From IMG/VR virus record IMGVR_UViG_3300018427_002120, positions 5,873-69,872 of that record: 64,000 nucleotides of DNA; one strand, written 5' to 3'. The notes below the pieces were generated by a model. It saw only the letters and a list, made by a program, of their open reading frames with translations. It made no database searches and was not told the origin of the DNA. The DNA comes from a virus. Taxonomy: Duplodnaviria; Caudoviricetes. The position numbers and the translations under genes were made by a program. Numbering within the stretch: the first letter of the stretch is position 1; every line of letters starts with the position of its first letter. Positions 46,631 through 55,991 of the stretch are shown here, piece after piece.

Positions 46631-48359
46631 TACAAAACTGACCCTCGGAAGCCTCTTTGACGGCTCCGGGGGATTTCCTTTGGCAGGCCTTCTCTCCGGA
46701 ATCACTCCTGTGTGGGCATCGGAAATCGAACCGTTTCCCATTCGGGTCACTACCAGGCGACTGCCTTTCATGAAACATTACGGCGACATCACTGCCATGG
46801 ATGGCGGCAGGATCGAGCCGGTGGACATTATTACCTTCGGGTCACCCTGCACCAATCTTTCTGTGGCCGGTCGCCGGGAAGGCCTTGACGGAAAACAGTC
46901 CAGTCTGTTTTTTGAAGCCATCCGAATCATAAAAGAAATGAGGTGTGCCACCAATGGCAAATACCCACGATGGATCTGTTGGGAAAATGTCCCCGGCGCA
47001 TTCTCTTCGAATGCCGGACGGGACTTCCAGGCAGTCCTCAACGCGGTCATCGGCATCGTCCAGGATTGTCCCCCAGTGCCTATGCCTGAGAAAAACAAAT
47101 GGCCCCAGTCCGATGTTTACATGGGAGACGGATGGAGCGTTGCGTACAGAACTCTTGACGCGCAATATTGGGGCCTGGCCCAACGCAGAAAACGCATCTT
47201 CCTTGTCGGCGACCTTACAGGTCAATGTGCCGGAAAAGTATTATTTGAGTCCGAAGGCCTGTCGCGGTATTCTGCGGAGGGCTTCCGCGCGTGGCAAAGA
47301 ACTTCCGGAGGTGTTGAGACTTGCGCTGGAACGACAGTCCTTGGCATAGACGGATACAACGGCACCGTTTCTCCTGTCGCGGCTACCCTTGGTGTGAATT
47401 GTGGAATGTCTACCGGAAGAAACGGTGTCGTTTTGAATGACCAAGGAGGCAACCGTATGGATGTGACCCATGAGGTTACCTGCACACTCCGGGCAGAAGC
47501 ACACCATCCTCCGGTGATTCTGGATACACCGGCAATGGTTTATGAAAATCACAGTCAGGACACCCGGTATGTGGGTCCCCTGGAAGTTGCACCTACCGTG
47601 GCCGCCACTTATGGCACCGGAGGAAACAATCAGCCGTTTGTGATCCGGGAGAACGATAATCTGCCGAAAGCATTCGGTATCTGTTCCATGGATAGCCGGG
47701 GCATGAAATCCGACAATCCCAATGTGGGATTTTACGAAGCGAAGGTAACCCGTACCATCGATGGCAACGGTGGAAATCCTATCTGCCACCAGGGCGGTAT
47801 CGCGGTGGTTTCCTACGGCATTGACAGAGCCGCTTTCAATCAGGGAAAAAACGCAAAGTACAATATCGCCGTGGAAGAAGAACTGCAGCCTACGCTGGTA
47901 TCGAAAGGCCCCGGTGCGGTGGCCGCACCAACCTACAGTGCCAGCAAATCCACATTCTTTTTGAATGTGGTGCAGGAGGCTGCAAACACGCTGGTTGCCA
48001 CGGACTACAAGGACCCGCCACTCATCAATGACGGTAATGATCCCAATTATTCCGTCCGGAGACTTACTCCCACAGAGTGCGCCAGACTGCAGGGATTCCC
48101 GGACTGGTGGTGTGCCGGCCTTGGCACGGACGATCCGACTATGGACGATATTCGTTTCTGGTACGATGTCTTTGAAACCCACCGGAAGGTTACGGGTACC
48201 TCCTCCAAGGCTAAGTCCATCCGGCAGATCACCAAATGGTTGCGAGATCCTCATTCGGATGCCGCTGAGTACAAGATGTGGGGCAACGGTGTGGCTTTGC
48301 CCTGCGTATTCTTTGTGCTGGCCGGTATTGTGTTCAATACACAATCTGACGGCACATAA
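46623..48359 (+). CDS. C5 cytosine DNA methyltransferase with long variable region
   Basis: SLFDGSGG, FGSPC, WENVPG, LDAQYWG.AQRRKR, RRLTPTECARLQGFPD, WGNGV. Confidence 0.95.
   Translation: MSNTKLTLGSLFDGSGGFPLAGLLSGITPVWASEIEPFPIRVTTRRLPFMKHYGDITAMDGGRIEPVDIITFGSPCTNLSVAGRREGLDGKQSSLFFEAIRIIKEMRCATNGKYPRWICWENVPGAFSSNAGRDFQAVLNAVIGIVQDCPPVPMPEKNKWPQSDVYMGDGWSVAYRTLDAQYWGLAQRRKRIFLVGDLTGQCAGKVLFESEGLSRYSAEGFRAWQRTSGGVETCAGTTVLGIDGYNGTVSPVAATLGVNCGMSTGRNGVVLNDQGGNRMDVTHEVTCTLRAEAHHPPVILDTPAMVYENHSQDTRYVGPLEVAPTVAATYGTGGNNQPFVIRENDNLPKAFGICSMDSRGMKSDNPNVGFYEAKVTRTIDGNGGNPICHQGGIAVVSYGIDRAAFNQGKNAKYNIAVEEELQPTLVSKGPGAVAAPTYSASKSTFFLNVVQEAANTLVATDYKDPPLINDGNDPNYSVRRLTPTECARLQGFPDWWCAGLGTDDPTMDDIRFWYDVFETHRKVTGTSSKAKSIRQITKWLRDPHSDAAEYKMWGNGVALPCVFFVLAGIVFNTQSDGT
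46954..47349 (+). CDS. Alternative-frame ORF nested in the C5 MTase (EcoHK31I beta-subunit-like)
   Basis: GAGGTG RBS 8 nt before ATG; SSLSATLQ..VPEKYYLSPKACRGILRRA..RGK.LP. Confidence 0.6.
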   Translation: MANTHDGSVGKMSPAHSLRMPDGTSRQSSTRSSASSRIVPQCLCLRKTNGPSPMFTWETDGALRTELLTRNIGAWPNAENASSLSATLQVNVPEKYYLSPKACRGILRRASARGKELPEVLRLALERQSLA

Positions 48360-48460
48360 TTCTACGGGATTTGTCCGAGAAACAAGTTGCTATTATGGGG
48401 ATGTAGAGCGAATATGTGTACTACCCGAAAGGGATAATTACATTTCCAGGAGGTTCCCAA

Positions 48461-49195
48461 ATGAAACTCGACTACAATTGCACCGGCGGCGACCGCAAGA
48501 ATCTGGTACGGCTACTCAGCGAAATCCTCAACGCTCCCTCCAAATACTTGGGCGCACCCGGGTTCAGCTACCAGGTGGACTGCATTATCATCGACAGGAA
48601 CGGTGTTCTGGACATCGATGACAATGCCGCTCCCGACTGGGTGGATGCCATCAAGGAAAAACTGGCAGAAAACGGCCATGCGTGCGTTTCCCACACCTAT
48701 GACAATCCCCAGCTGGAGCCGGACATGGAAGATGAAGGAGTTACCGAGGAATCCTCGGATACTGATTTCCACGGTATTTGCATTTCCATGCCCCGCAGCC
48801 TGTTTACCGACGGCAACCTGGAAAACCTCAAGGCCATCGTTGCTGCCAAAGGAGATCTGATCCGAAAGGCACTGGGTGTTCCGGAACTGCCCATTGAAAT
48901 TACTGACCACAAGGTTAGCTTCCCCTGGTTCCCCGGCATCCCCACACCGGAAGAAACCAATGCCTACGACACCTTCATTTGCAAGCTGTGCGATATGGCC
49001 CGGAATCAGAAACGGGTCAATGCCAAGAGCAAGGATGCTGACAACGAAAAGTATGCGTTCCGCTGTTTCCTGCTGCGGTTGGGCTTCATCGGTGACGAGT
49101 ACAAGGCCGCCCGGAAGATCCTCCTGCGGAACTTCACCGGCAGTTCCGCCTTCAAGTCCGATTCCAAGGGAAAGGAGGCAGAAGTATGCGGATGA
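48461..49195 (+). CDS. Phage hypothetical protein (often annotated virulence-related)
   Basis: NEKYAFRCFLLRLGFIGDEYKAARKILL; AGGAGG RBS. Confidence 0.75.
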   Translation: MKLDYNCTGGDRKNLVRLLSEILNAPSKYLGAPGFSYQVDCIIIDRNGVLDIDDNAAPDWVDAIKEKLAENGHACVSHTYDNPQLEPDMEDEGVTEESSDTDFHGICISMPRSLFTDGNLENLKAIVAAKGDLIRKALGVPELPIEITDHKVSFPWFPGIPTPEETNAYDTFICKLCDMARNQKRVNAKSKDADNEKYAFRCFLLRLGFIGDEYKAARKILLRNFTGSSAFKSDSKGKEAEVCG

Positions 49196-49416
49196 TTTCC
49201 AAAGAGGCCTTACAGGCCCTTCGTGAGCGTTACCCTCGGGGAACACGGGTTGAATTGGTCCATATGGATGATCCTTACAACCGGAAGCTGGTTCCCGGCT
49301 GCCGTGGTACCGTTGTGGCGGTTGACTCCATCGGCACGATCCATGTGCAGTGGGACTGTGGTTCCAGTCTGGGTGTTGCCTACGGTGTGGATTCCTGCAG
49401 AAAGGTGGCAGAGTGA
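49186..49416 (+). CDS. DUF4314-family protein
   Basis: YPRGTRVELVHMDDPY...GTVVAVDSIGTIHVQWDCGSSL. Confidence 0.85.
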   Translation: MRMISKEALQALRERYPRGTRVELVHMDDPYNRKLVPGCRGTVVAVDSIGTIHVQWDCGSSLGVAYGVDSCRKVAE

Positions 49417-49687
49417 TGGCCGGGGATATTTTGGATCGGCTGTTCCACGGTGAGATTATCCCATGGGAGAATCGCCCGGAAGAAACCGAGGCATTCAAGC
49501 AACTCAACAAACGGATGGCCCAGGTGAGCGATCAGCTGGAGGAACGGTTGGATGAAGAGTCCAAGGCATTATTGGACCGGTTGCTTGCTGACCATGCCGA
49601 CATGGAACTGCTCTACTGCTGCGACAACTTCAAAACCGGGTTTCGGCTCGGTGCGCAAATTATCCTTTCCGTGCTTAAAGTACCGTA
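49416..49687 (+). CDS. DUF6809-like protein
   Basis: DILDRLFHGEIIPWE...FKTGFRLGAQI; TGATG coupling to the upstream gene; stop at about 49686-49688. Confidence 0.7.
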
Positions 49688-49814
49688 AATACCACAGTAT
49701 TCTCCCCAAAACATTGTGTAGTTTATGCCTCTGATATAACTTGCTATTATGTGTATTCAGAGGTAATATCACAGCACCCAAAGGGAAATACACATTTTTA
49801 CGGAGGAAAACACC

Positions 49815-50135
49815 ATGAAAAACATCTGGAGCCTGAGAGATGAATTCAAGCTGATCGACCGCATTGCAATTAGCCGCCACACCTTTGAAAGCAACTTCAC
49901 CAAGACCAAGGAGCGGATCACCTTCACTTTTAACGGTTGGGATGGCAAGTCCTACGACGGCGAAAGTCGTAACGCATATGTTTACCGAACCAATGTTCCC
50001 GGTTACGAGGACGCTCGGTTTGTTAAGGTTGGTAAGGGCCTGCACTACATCGAAGAAGACCATGAGATTGTTGAGAAGGCAACCGGCATCGCACACAAGG
50101 AAGCCAGTTGGCTGGTCGATGTGCTGAAAGCATAA
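49815..50135 (+). CDS. Phage hypothetical protein
   Basis: GGAGG RBS; own promoter at 49741. Confidence 0.7.
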   Translation: MKNIWSLRDEFKLIDRIAISRHTFESNFTKTKERITFTFNGWDGKSYDGESRNAYVYRTNVPGYEDARFVKVGKGLHYIEEDHEIVEKATGIAHKEASWLVDVLKA

Positions 50136-50147
50136 GGGGGTAGCAAC

Positions 50148-50372
50148 ATGAAGAAAGAAGGCCTGATCATTATCAACGGTTGCGGCTACCGCTACCTTAT
50201 GAAGGTTTATGACGAACCCTCCCGGTACGGAATCGACGGTGGTCGAATCAGCAAACTAACCATCACCCGTAACGGTGAAACGGTATGCAACTATGACCGG
50301 GAATGGGATAGAGAGCCGATGGATGAAGATACCGCCAAGGCACTGGCAATCCTGCTCTACAGCGAAAACTGA
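50148..50372 (+). CDS. Phage hypothetical protein
   Basis: YDEPSRYGIDGGRISKL...YDREWD. Confidence 0.7.
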   Translation: MKKEGLIIINGCGYRYLMKVYDEPSRYGIDGGRISKLTITRNGETVCNYDREWDREPMDEDTAKALAILLYSEN

Positions 50373-50451
50373 TGCCCCTTGCCGGGGAAAGGGCCGTGAG
50401 GCTCTTTTCCTCGTTATTACCAATAATAATTTATAAATTTATATGTTTTTC

Positions 50452-50475
50452 AGACCCATTCGTGGGTCTTTTCTT
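50452..50475 (+). terminator. UUCG-loop terminator directly upstream of terL
   Basis: AGACCCA-TTCG-TGGGTCT-TTTCTT. Confidence 0.7.
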
Positions 50476-50502
50476 ATGCCCATTTTTAGGAGGTGACCGC
50501 AT

Positions 50503-52104
50503 ATCCGGAAACTGAAAAAGTACAAGCCTACCAGATTCCTAGCGAAGGGCTCCTACTACGATAAGAACGCTGCCGATTATGCGGTAGCCTTTATCGAAAG
50601 TCTGTGCCATACAAAAGGAACCTGGGCAAGAAAGCCTTTTGAACTGATTGACTGGCAAGAGCAGATCATCCGGGATATTTTTGGAACTCTGAAATCCAAC
50701 GGTTACCGGCAGTTCAATACGGCCTATATCGAAATCCCTAAGAAACAGGGCAAATCGGAACTGGCGGCTGCGGTGGCACTGCTTTTGACCTGCGGCGACG
50801 GCGAAGAACGCGCGGAGGTATATGGCTGTGCAGCAGATCGCCAGCAGGCATCCATCGTATTCAATGTGGCTGCGGATATGGTTCGTATGTGTCCGGCACT
50901 CTCCAAACGAGTAAAAATCCTAGATTCCCAGAAACGGCTGATTTATCAGCCAACGGGCAGTATCTACCAGGTGCTTTCCGCTGACGTCGGCAACAAGCAT
51001 GGTTTCAACACCCATGGTGTTGTTTTTGATGAGCTACATACCCAGCCGAACCGGAAACTGTTTGATGTTATGACCAAAGGCTCCGGTGATGCCCGTATGC
51101 AGCCCCTTTACTTCCTGATCACTACGGCGGGCAACGATACCAAATCCATCTGCTACGAGATCCATCAGAAAGCAAAAGACATCATCGAAGGCAGAAAAAT
51201 TGACCACACCTTTTACCCGGTGATCTACGGCGCGGATGAAGCGGACGATTGGACAGATCCTAAAATCTGGAAGAAGGCCAATCCCTCTCTGGGCATCACA
51301 GTGGGCATCGATAAGGTCAGAGATGCCTGTGAGTCTGCCAAGCAGAATCCCGGTGAGGAGAACGCCTTCCGGCAACTTCGTTTGAACCAGTGGGTCAAAC
51401 AGGCGATCCGCTGGATGCCGATGCATCTGTGGGACAAATGCTCTCTGGCCGTTTCCGAGGAGGATCTGGAAGGCCGGGTCTGTTACGGTGGCCTTGACCT
51501 TTCCAGCACAACGGACATCACGGCATTTGTGTTGGTATTCCCGCCCGGTGATGAAGATGACAAATACGTCATTCTGCCGTACTTCTGGATTCCGGAGGAC
51601 AACCTGGATCTGCGTGTCCGCCGGGATCATGTGCCCTATGATGTGTGGGAGCGGCAGGGATTCCTGCAAACCACCGAGGGCAATGTAGTCCACTATGGCT
51701 ACATTGAGCGGTTCATCGAAAGGCTCGGTGAACGGTTCAATATCCGTGAAATCGCCTTTGACCGTTGGGGTGCTGTGCAGATGGTGCAGAACCTGGAAGG
51801 CATGGGCTTTACGGTGGTGCCCTTCGGGCAGGGCTTCAAGGATATGTCTCCGCCCACCAAGGAATTGATGAAACTGGTGCTGGAGGAGCGGATCGCCCAC
51901 GGTGGACACCCGGTACTGCGGTGGATGATGGACAACATCTTCATCCGCACCGACCCTGCCGGTAACATCAAGCCGGACAAAGAAAAATCCACAGAGAAGA
52001 TCGACGGTGCCGTTGCTACCATCATGGCCCTTGACCGGGCGATCCGCTGTGGAAATGATATCGGTGCTTCGGTCTACGATGACCGGGGCATTTTCTTTAT
52101 CTAA
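50503..52104 (+). CDS. terL: Terminase large subunit, non-canonical ATC start
   Basis: AGGAGGTGA RBS; RKLKKY N-terminus; PKKQGKS, DELH, ITTAG, GLDLSST, KIDGAVA. Confidence 0.93.
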   Translation: MRKLKKYKPTRFLAKGSYYDKNAADYAVAFIESLCHTKGTWARKPFELIDWQEQIIRDIFGTLKSNGYRQFNTAYIEIPKKQGKSELAAAVALLLTCGDGEERAEVYGCAADRQQASIVFNVAADMVRMCPALSKRVKILDSQKRLIYQPTGSIYQVLSADVGNKHGFNTHGVVFDELHTQPNRKLFDVMTKGSGDARMQPLYFLITTAGNDTKSICYEIHQKAKDIIEGRKIDHTFYPVIYGADEADDWTDPKIWKKANPSLGITVGIDKVRDACESAKQNPGEENAFRQLRLNQWVKQAIRWMPMHLWDKCSLAVSEEDLEGRVCYGGLDLSSTTDITAFVLVFPPGDEDDKYVILPYFWIPEDNLDLRVRRDHVPYDVWERQGFLQTTEGNVVHYGYIERFIERLGERFNIREIAFDRWGAVQMVQNLEGMGFTVVPFGQGFKDMSPPTKELMKLVLEERIAHGGHPVLRWMMDNIFIRTDPAGNIKPDKEKSTEKIDGAVATIMALDRAIRCGNDIGASVYDDRGIFFI

Positions 52105-52122
52105 AAATTAGGGGGGATTCTA

Positions 52123-53436
52123 ATGAGCCTTTTTACCGGTCTCTTCAAATCCAGAGACAAGCCCCAAAATCGCACTACCGGTAGTGCCTACACCTTTTTT
52201 ATGGGCGGCACTACCGCAGGCAAAACCGTCACAGAACGATCGGCCATGCAGATGACGGCAGTTTACTCCTGTGTCCGCATCCTGGCAGAAGCTGTAGCCG
52301 GGTTACCGCTGCATCTGTATCGGTATAACGGAGACGGCGGCAAGGAAAAAGCCATCGACCATCCGCTGTACCGGCTGCTCCATGACGAACCCAACCCGGA
52401 AATGAGTTCCTTCGTATTCCGGGAGACCCTCATGACCCATCTGCTCCTCTGGGGCAATGCCTATGCCCAGGTGATCCGCAACGGTAAGAATGAGGTCATT
52501 GCTTTGTATCCGCTTATGCCCAACCGAATGAGTGTGGATCGGGATGATCAGGGCCATCTCTACTACACCTACTACCGTGGCCCGGACGAGGCCATCAAGA
52601 GCAAGGAATACGCGGTAACGCTGCAGCCCAGCGATGTGCTTCATATCCCCGGTCTTGGTTTTGACGGCCTGGTGGGATACAGTCCCATCGCCATGGCGAA
52701 GAATGCCATCGGTATGGCCATCGCCTGTGAGGAATACGGTGCTAAGTTCTTCGCCAACGGTGCCACTCCCGGCGGCATCCTGGAGCATCCCGGTACCATT
52801 AAGGACCCTCAGAGAGTCCGGGAAAGCTGGCAGTCCGCTTTCGGCGGTAGCGGCAATTCCAACAAGGTAGCTGTTCTGGAAGAAGGCATGAAATACACAC
52901 CTATTTCCATTTCTCCGGAACAGGCGCAGTTCCTGGAAACCCGAAAATTCCAAATCAACGAAATTGCTCGAATTTTCCGAGTGCCGCCCCACATGGTCGG
53001 TGATCTGGAAAAGTCGAGCTTTTCCAATATTGAGCAGCAGTCTCTGGAGTTCGTGAAATACACCCTGGACCCCTGGGTGGTTCGGTGGGAGCAGAGTATC
53101 CAACGCTCTCTTTTGTCTTTTGACGAAAAGAACCGGTATTTTGTGAAGTTCAATCTGGAGGGACTGCTGCGGGGCGACTATCAGAGCCGGATGAACGGCT
53201 ATGCCATCGGTCGCCAAAATGGTTGGATGTCCGCCAACGATATCCGGGAACTGGAGAATCTGGATCGAATTCCTGCAGAGGAAGGCGGCGATCTGTACCT
53301 CATTAATGGCAATATGCTTCCGCTACAACATGCGGGTGCTTTTGCAAATATCACATCGGAAGGAAAGGAGAACGAAACCAGTGAAGAACAAGAAGTTCTG
53401 GCAGTGGAAAAACCAAACAGCAGACGGCGAGTCTGA
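52123..53436 (+). CDS. Portal protein (HK97 family)
   Basis: AVYSCVRILAE, LLWGNAY, GLVGYSPI, IARIFRVPP. Confidence 0.95.
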   Translation: MSLFTGLFKSRDKPQNRTTGSAYTFFMGGTTAGKTVTERSAMQMTAVYSCVRILAEAVAGLPLHLYRYNGDGGKEKAIDHPLYRLLHDEPNPEMSSFVFRETLMTHLLLWGNAYAQVIRNGKNEVIALYPLMPNRMSVDRDDQGHLYYTYYRGPDEAIKSKEYAVTLQPSDVLHIPGLGFDGLVGYSPIAMAKNAIGMAIACEEYGAKFFANGATPGGILEHPGTIKDPQRVRESWQSAFGGSGNSNKVAVLEEGMKYTPISISPEQAQFLETRKFQINEIARIFRVPPHMVGDLEKSSFSNIEQQSLEFVKYTLDPWVVRWEQSIQRSLLSFDEKNRYFVKFNLEGLLRGDYQSRMNGYAIGRQNGWMSANDIRELENLDRIPAEEGGDLYLINGNMLPLQHAGAFANITSEGKENETSEEQEVLAVEKPNSRRRV

Positions 53437-54109
53437 GCGCGTTCTGGAACTGAACGGTACCATCGCAGAAGACAGCTGGTATGACGATGATGTAACACCT
53501 GCCATGTTCAAGGAGGAATTATTTAGCGCCACTGGCCCCGTAACCATCTGGCTCAACAGCCCTGGTGGGGACTGCATTGCTGCCAGCCAGATTTATTCCA
53601 TGCTCATGGATTACCCCGGCGATATCACTGTGAAGGTTGACGGCATTGCCGCGTCTGCAGCGTCGGTAATTGCTATGGCAGGAACAAGGGTGCTTATGGC
53701 ACCTACCGCGCTGATGATGATCCACAATCCGGCCACCTTTGCGTTTGGTGATCACGAGGATATGCGCCGCACCATTGAAATGCTGGATGAGGTGAAGGAA
53801 TCCATCATCAACGCCTATGAAATCAAAACCGGGCTTTCCCGAGCCAAACTCTCCCATCTCATGGAGAATGTAACTTGGATGAATGCCCACAAGGCTGTGG
53901 AGATGGGCTTTGCCGACGGCATTCTGGAGGATGCCAAGCGTAGCACCGATACCACAGCCTACGCATTTTCCGGCAAGTCCGTAGAAAATGCCATTCTCAA
54001 TAAGATTCGTGCAAAGGTTCCCAAGCCTCTGCCTAAATCTGGTCCCACGAAACCCATGGGGCGGTCCGTGGATGCACTTATGGATCGCCTGAATCTCATG
54101 AAATATTAA
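53381..54109 (+). CDS. ClpP-like prohead protease
   Basis: WLNSPGGD, GIAASAAS, MMIHNP, TWMNAHKAVEMGFAD. Confidence 0.93.
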   Translation: MKNKKFWQWKNQTADGESERVLELNGTIAEDSWYDDDVTPAMFKEELFSATGPVTIWLNSPGGDCIAASQIYSMLMDYPGDITVKVDGIAASAASVIAMAGTRVLMAPTALMMIHNPATFAFGDHEDMRRTIEMLDEVKESIINAYEIKTGLSRAKLSHLMENVTWMNAHKAVEMGFADGILEDAKRSTDTTAYAFSGKSVENAILNKIRAKVPKPLPKSGPTKPMGRSVDALMDRLNLMKY

Positions 54110-54127
54110 TTTTTGGAGGTAAACATT

Positions 54128-55324
54128 ATGACTATCAACGAACTGCGCATTAAGCGCGCCAAGGCATGGGAAGCCGCCAAGGCATTCCTGGATTCCCATC
54201 GCAACAGTGACGGCAAGCTGTCCGTGGAGGATGATGCCACCTATACCCAGATGGAGAAGGACGTAGCCGACCTGGGCAAGGAAATTGCCCGTCTGGAACG
54301 TCAGGAGGCTCTGGACAAGGAACTGAACGCTCCCACAAGCAAGCCTCTGACCAACAAGCCCGAAACCGCTCCCACGGCTTCCGAAAAGACTGGTCGTGCT
54401 GCCGATGCTTACAAGGATGCTTTCTGGAACCAGGTACGTAACCGAAATGGTGTATCCTATGAGGTTCGCAATGCTCTGCAGGTGGGTGTGGACTCCGAGG
54501 GCGGCTACCTGTGTCCTGATACCTTTGCCAATGAACTGGTGAAGGGTCTGACTGCCCGTAACATTGTCCGTGACCTGGCTCATGTGTTCCGCACGGAATC
54601 CGGTCAGCACAAGATCCCCGTGGTAGCCACCCGAGGTACTGCCTCCTGGATTGAGGAGGAAGGCCCCATCCCCGAGGATGATGATGTCTTTGGTCAGCAG
54701 TACATCGGTGCCCATAAGGTCGGCACTCTGATCAAGGTCTCCGAGGAACTGCTGAACGACTCTGCCTTTGATCTGGAGCAGTATTTCGTGGAGGAATTTG
54801 CCCGCCGGATCGGTAACAAGGAGGAAGCTGCTTTCCTGACTGGCGACGGCGCAGGCAAGCCCACCGGTCTGCTGAATGATGCAGAGGTCGGTGTTACCGC
54901 TGCTTCCGCTACCACCATCACTGCGGACGAGCTGATCGATCTGTTCTACTCTCTGGATGCACCTTACCGCACCAACGCGGTGTGGCTGGTGAATGATGCT
55001 ACCATGCGAATCATCCGCAAGCTGAAGGATCAGACCGGTCAGTACCTGTGGCAGAAGGCACTGCATGAAGGTGAGCATGAGACCCTGCTGGGTAAGCCCA
55101 TCTTCCATTCTCCCTTTGCTCCTCTGGCAGAGGCAGGTGCCAAGCCTGTGGCTTTCGGTGATTTCTCCTACTACTGGATCGGTGACCGTCAGGGCATCAC
55201 CTTCCGTCGGCTGAATGAGCGTTATGCCGACACCGGTCAGGTCGGCTTCCTGGCTACCAAGCGTACCGATGGCAAGCTGATCCTGCCCGAGGCCGTTAAG
55301 GTCCTGCAGATGAAGTCTGCCTAA
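54128..55324 (+). CDS. Major capsid protein (HK97 fold)
   Basis: Coiled-coil delta domain, EGGYLCP, KVSEELLND, AFGDFS, GQVGF. Confidence 0.95.
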   Translation: MTINELRIKRAKAWEAAKAFLDSHRNSDGKLSVEDDATYTQMEKDVADLGKEIARLERQEALDKELNAPTSKPLTNKPETAPTASEKTGRAADAYKDAFWNQVRNRNGVSYEVRNALQVGVDSEGGYLCPDTFANELVKGLTARNIVRDLAHVFRTESGQHKIPVVATRGTASWIEEEGPIPEDDDVFGQQYIGAHKVGTLIKVSEELLNDSAFDLEQYFVEEFARRIGNKEEAAFLTGDGAGKPTGLLNDAEVGVTAASATTITADELIDLFYSLDAPYRTNAVWLVNDATMRIIRKLKDQTGQYLWQKALHEGEHETLLGKPIFHSPFAPLAEAGAKPVAFGDFSYYWIGDRQGITFRRLNERYADTGQVGFLATKRTDGKLILPEAVKVLQMKSA

Positions 55325-55341
55325 GATGGGAGGTGGCAGTG

Positions 55342-55653
55342 ATGGAGGAACTTCTGACAAAGGTAAAACGGAATCTGATTCTGGAGCATACAGCAGATGA
55401 TGCGCTTTTGCAGAGCTTCATCACTGCCGCCGTTTCCTATGCCGAAAGCTATCAGCACATTCCAGCCGGTTCCTACAGTGACGGTGTTATGCCGCCCACT
55501 ACGGAACAGGCCGTCATCATGCTTGCCTCCCACTTTTATGAGTCGAGAGATGGCAGCACAGGCGGCTTTTTTGCGGATAATGTCCAGGCCTCCCAACAGG
55601 TCTGGACAACCGTTAACCTACTCCTGCGACTTGACAGAGAATGGAAGGTGTGA
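55342..55653 (+). CDS. Head-tail connector (gp6-like)
   Basis: DDALLQSFITAA, AVIMLASHFYESR. Confidence 0.85.
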   Translation: MEELLTKVKRNLILEHTADDALLQSFITAAVSYAESYQHIPAGSYSDGVMPPTTEQAVIMLASHFYESRDGSTGGFFADNVQASQQVWTTVNLLLRLDREWKV

Positions 55654-55655
55654 CC

Positions 55656-55991
55656 ATGAGTTTTGGAAAAATGAATGGTTTCGCTGATATTATTTCCGTC
55701 ACCGCTGCGAAAGACAGCGAAGGCTTCGCCACCTATGAAGATACCGTGGTTGCCTCTGTCCGGGTTTACCGGGAGGGGCGGCACGGGTCCCAGCGGTGGG
55801 CGAACTTGGCTACGTTTTCTACTGCTACAGATCTGTTCCGGTTCCGAACCATACCCGGCATCACGGTCACAACCGATATGTTTCTTATCAGTGACGGTGA
55901 CCGTTTTGAGATCACCTCCGTAGAGGATGTGAAGGGAAGGGGTATGTATGTGGAAGTCCTGGCAAAAAAGGTGGTGTCCACCGTTGGCTAA
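55656..55991 (+). CDS. Head-tail adaptor/closure protein
   Basis: Position and size; FEITSVEDV. Confidence 0.8.
   Translation: MSFGKMNGFADIISVTAAKDSEGFATYEDTVVASVRVYREGRHGSQRWANLATFSTATDLFRFRTIPGITVTTDMFLISDGDRFEITSVEDVKGRGMYVEVLAKKVVSTVG

Noticed and set aside
53519-55360. 613-aa minus-strand ORF antisense to the protease and capsid genes (likewise 45305-46771, 47241-48344, 35234-36709, 58799-59878, 26709-27881)
   Set aside because: Shadow ORFs produced by codon bias of strongly coding opposite-strand genes; no RBS, no recognisable motifs
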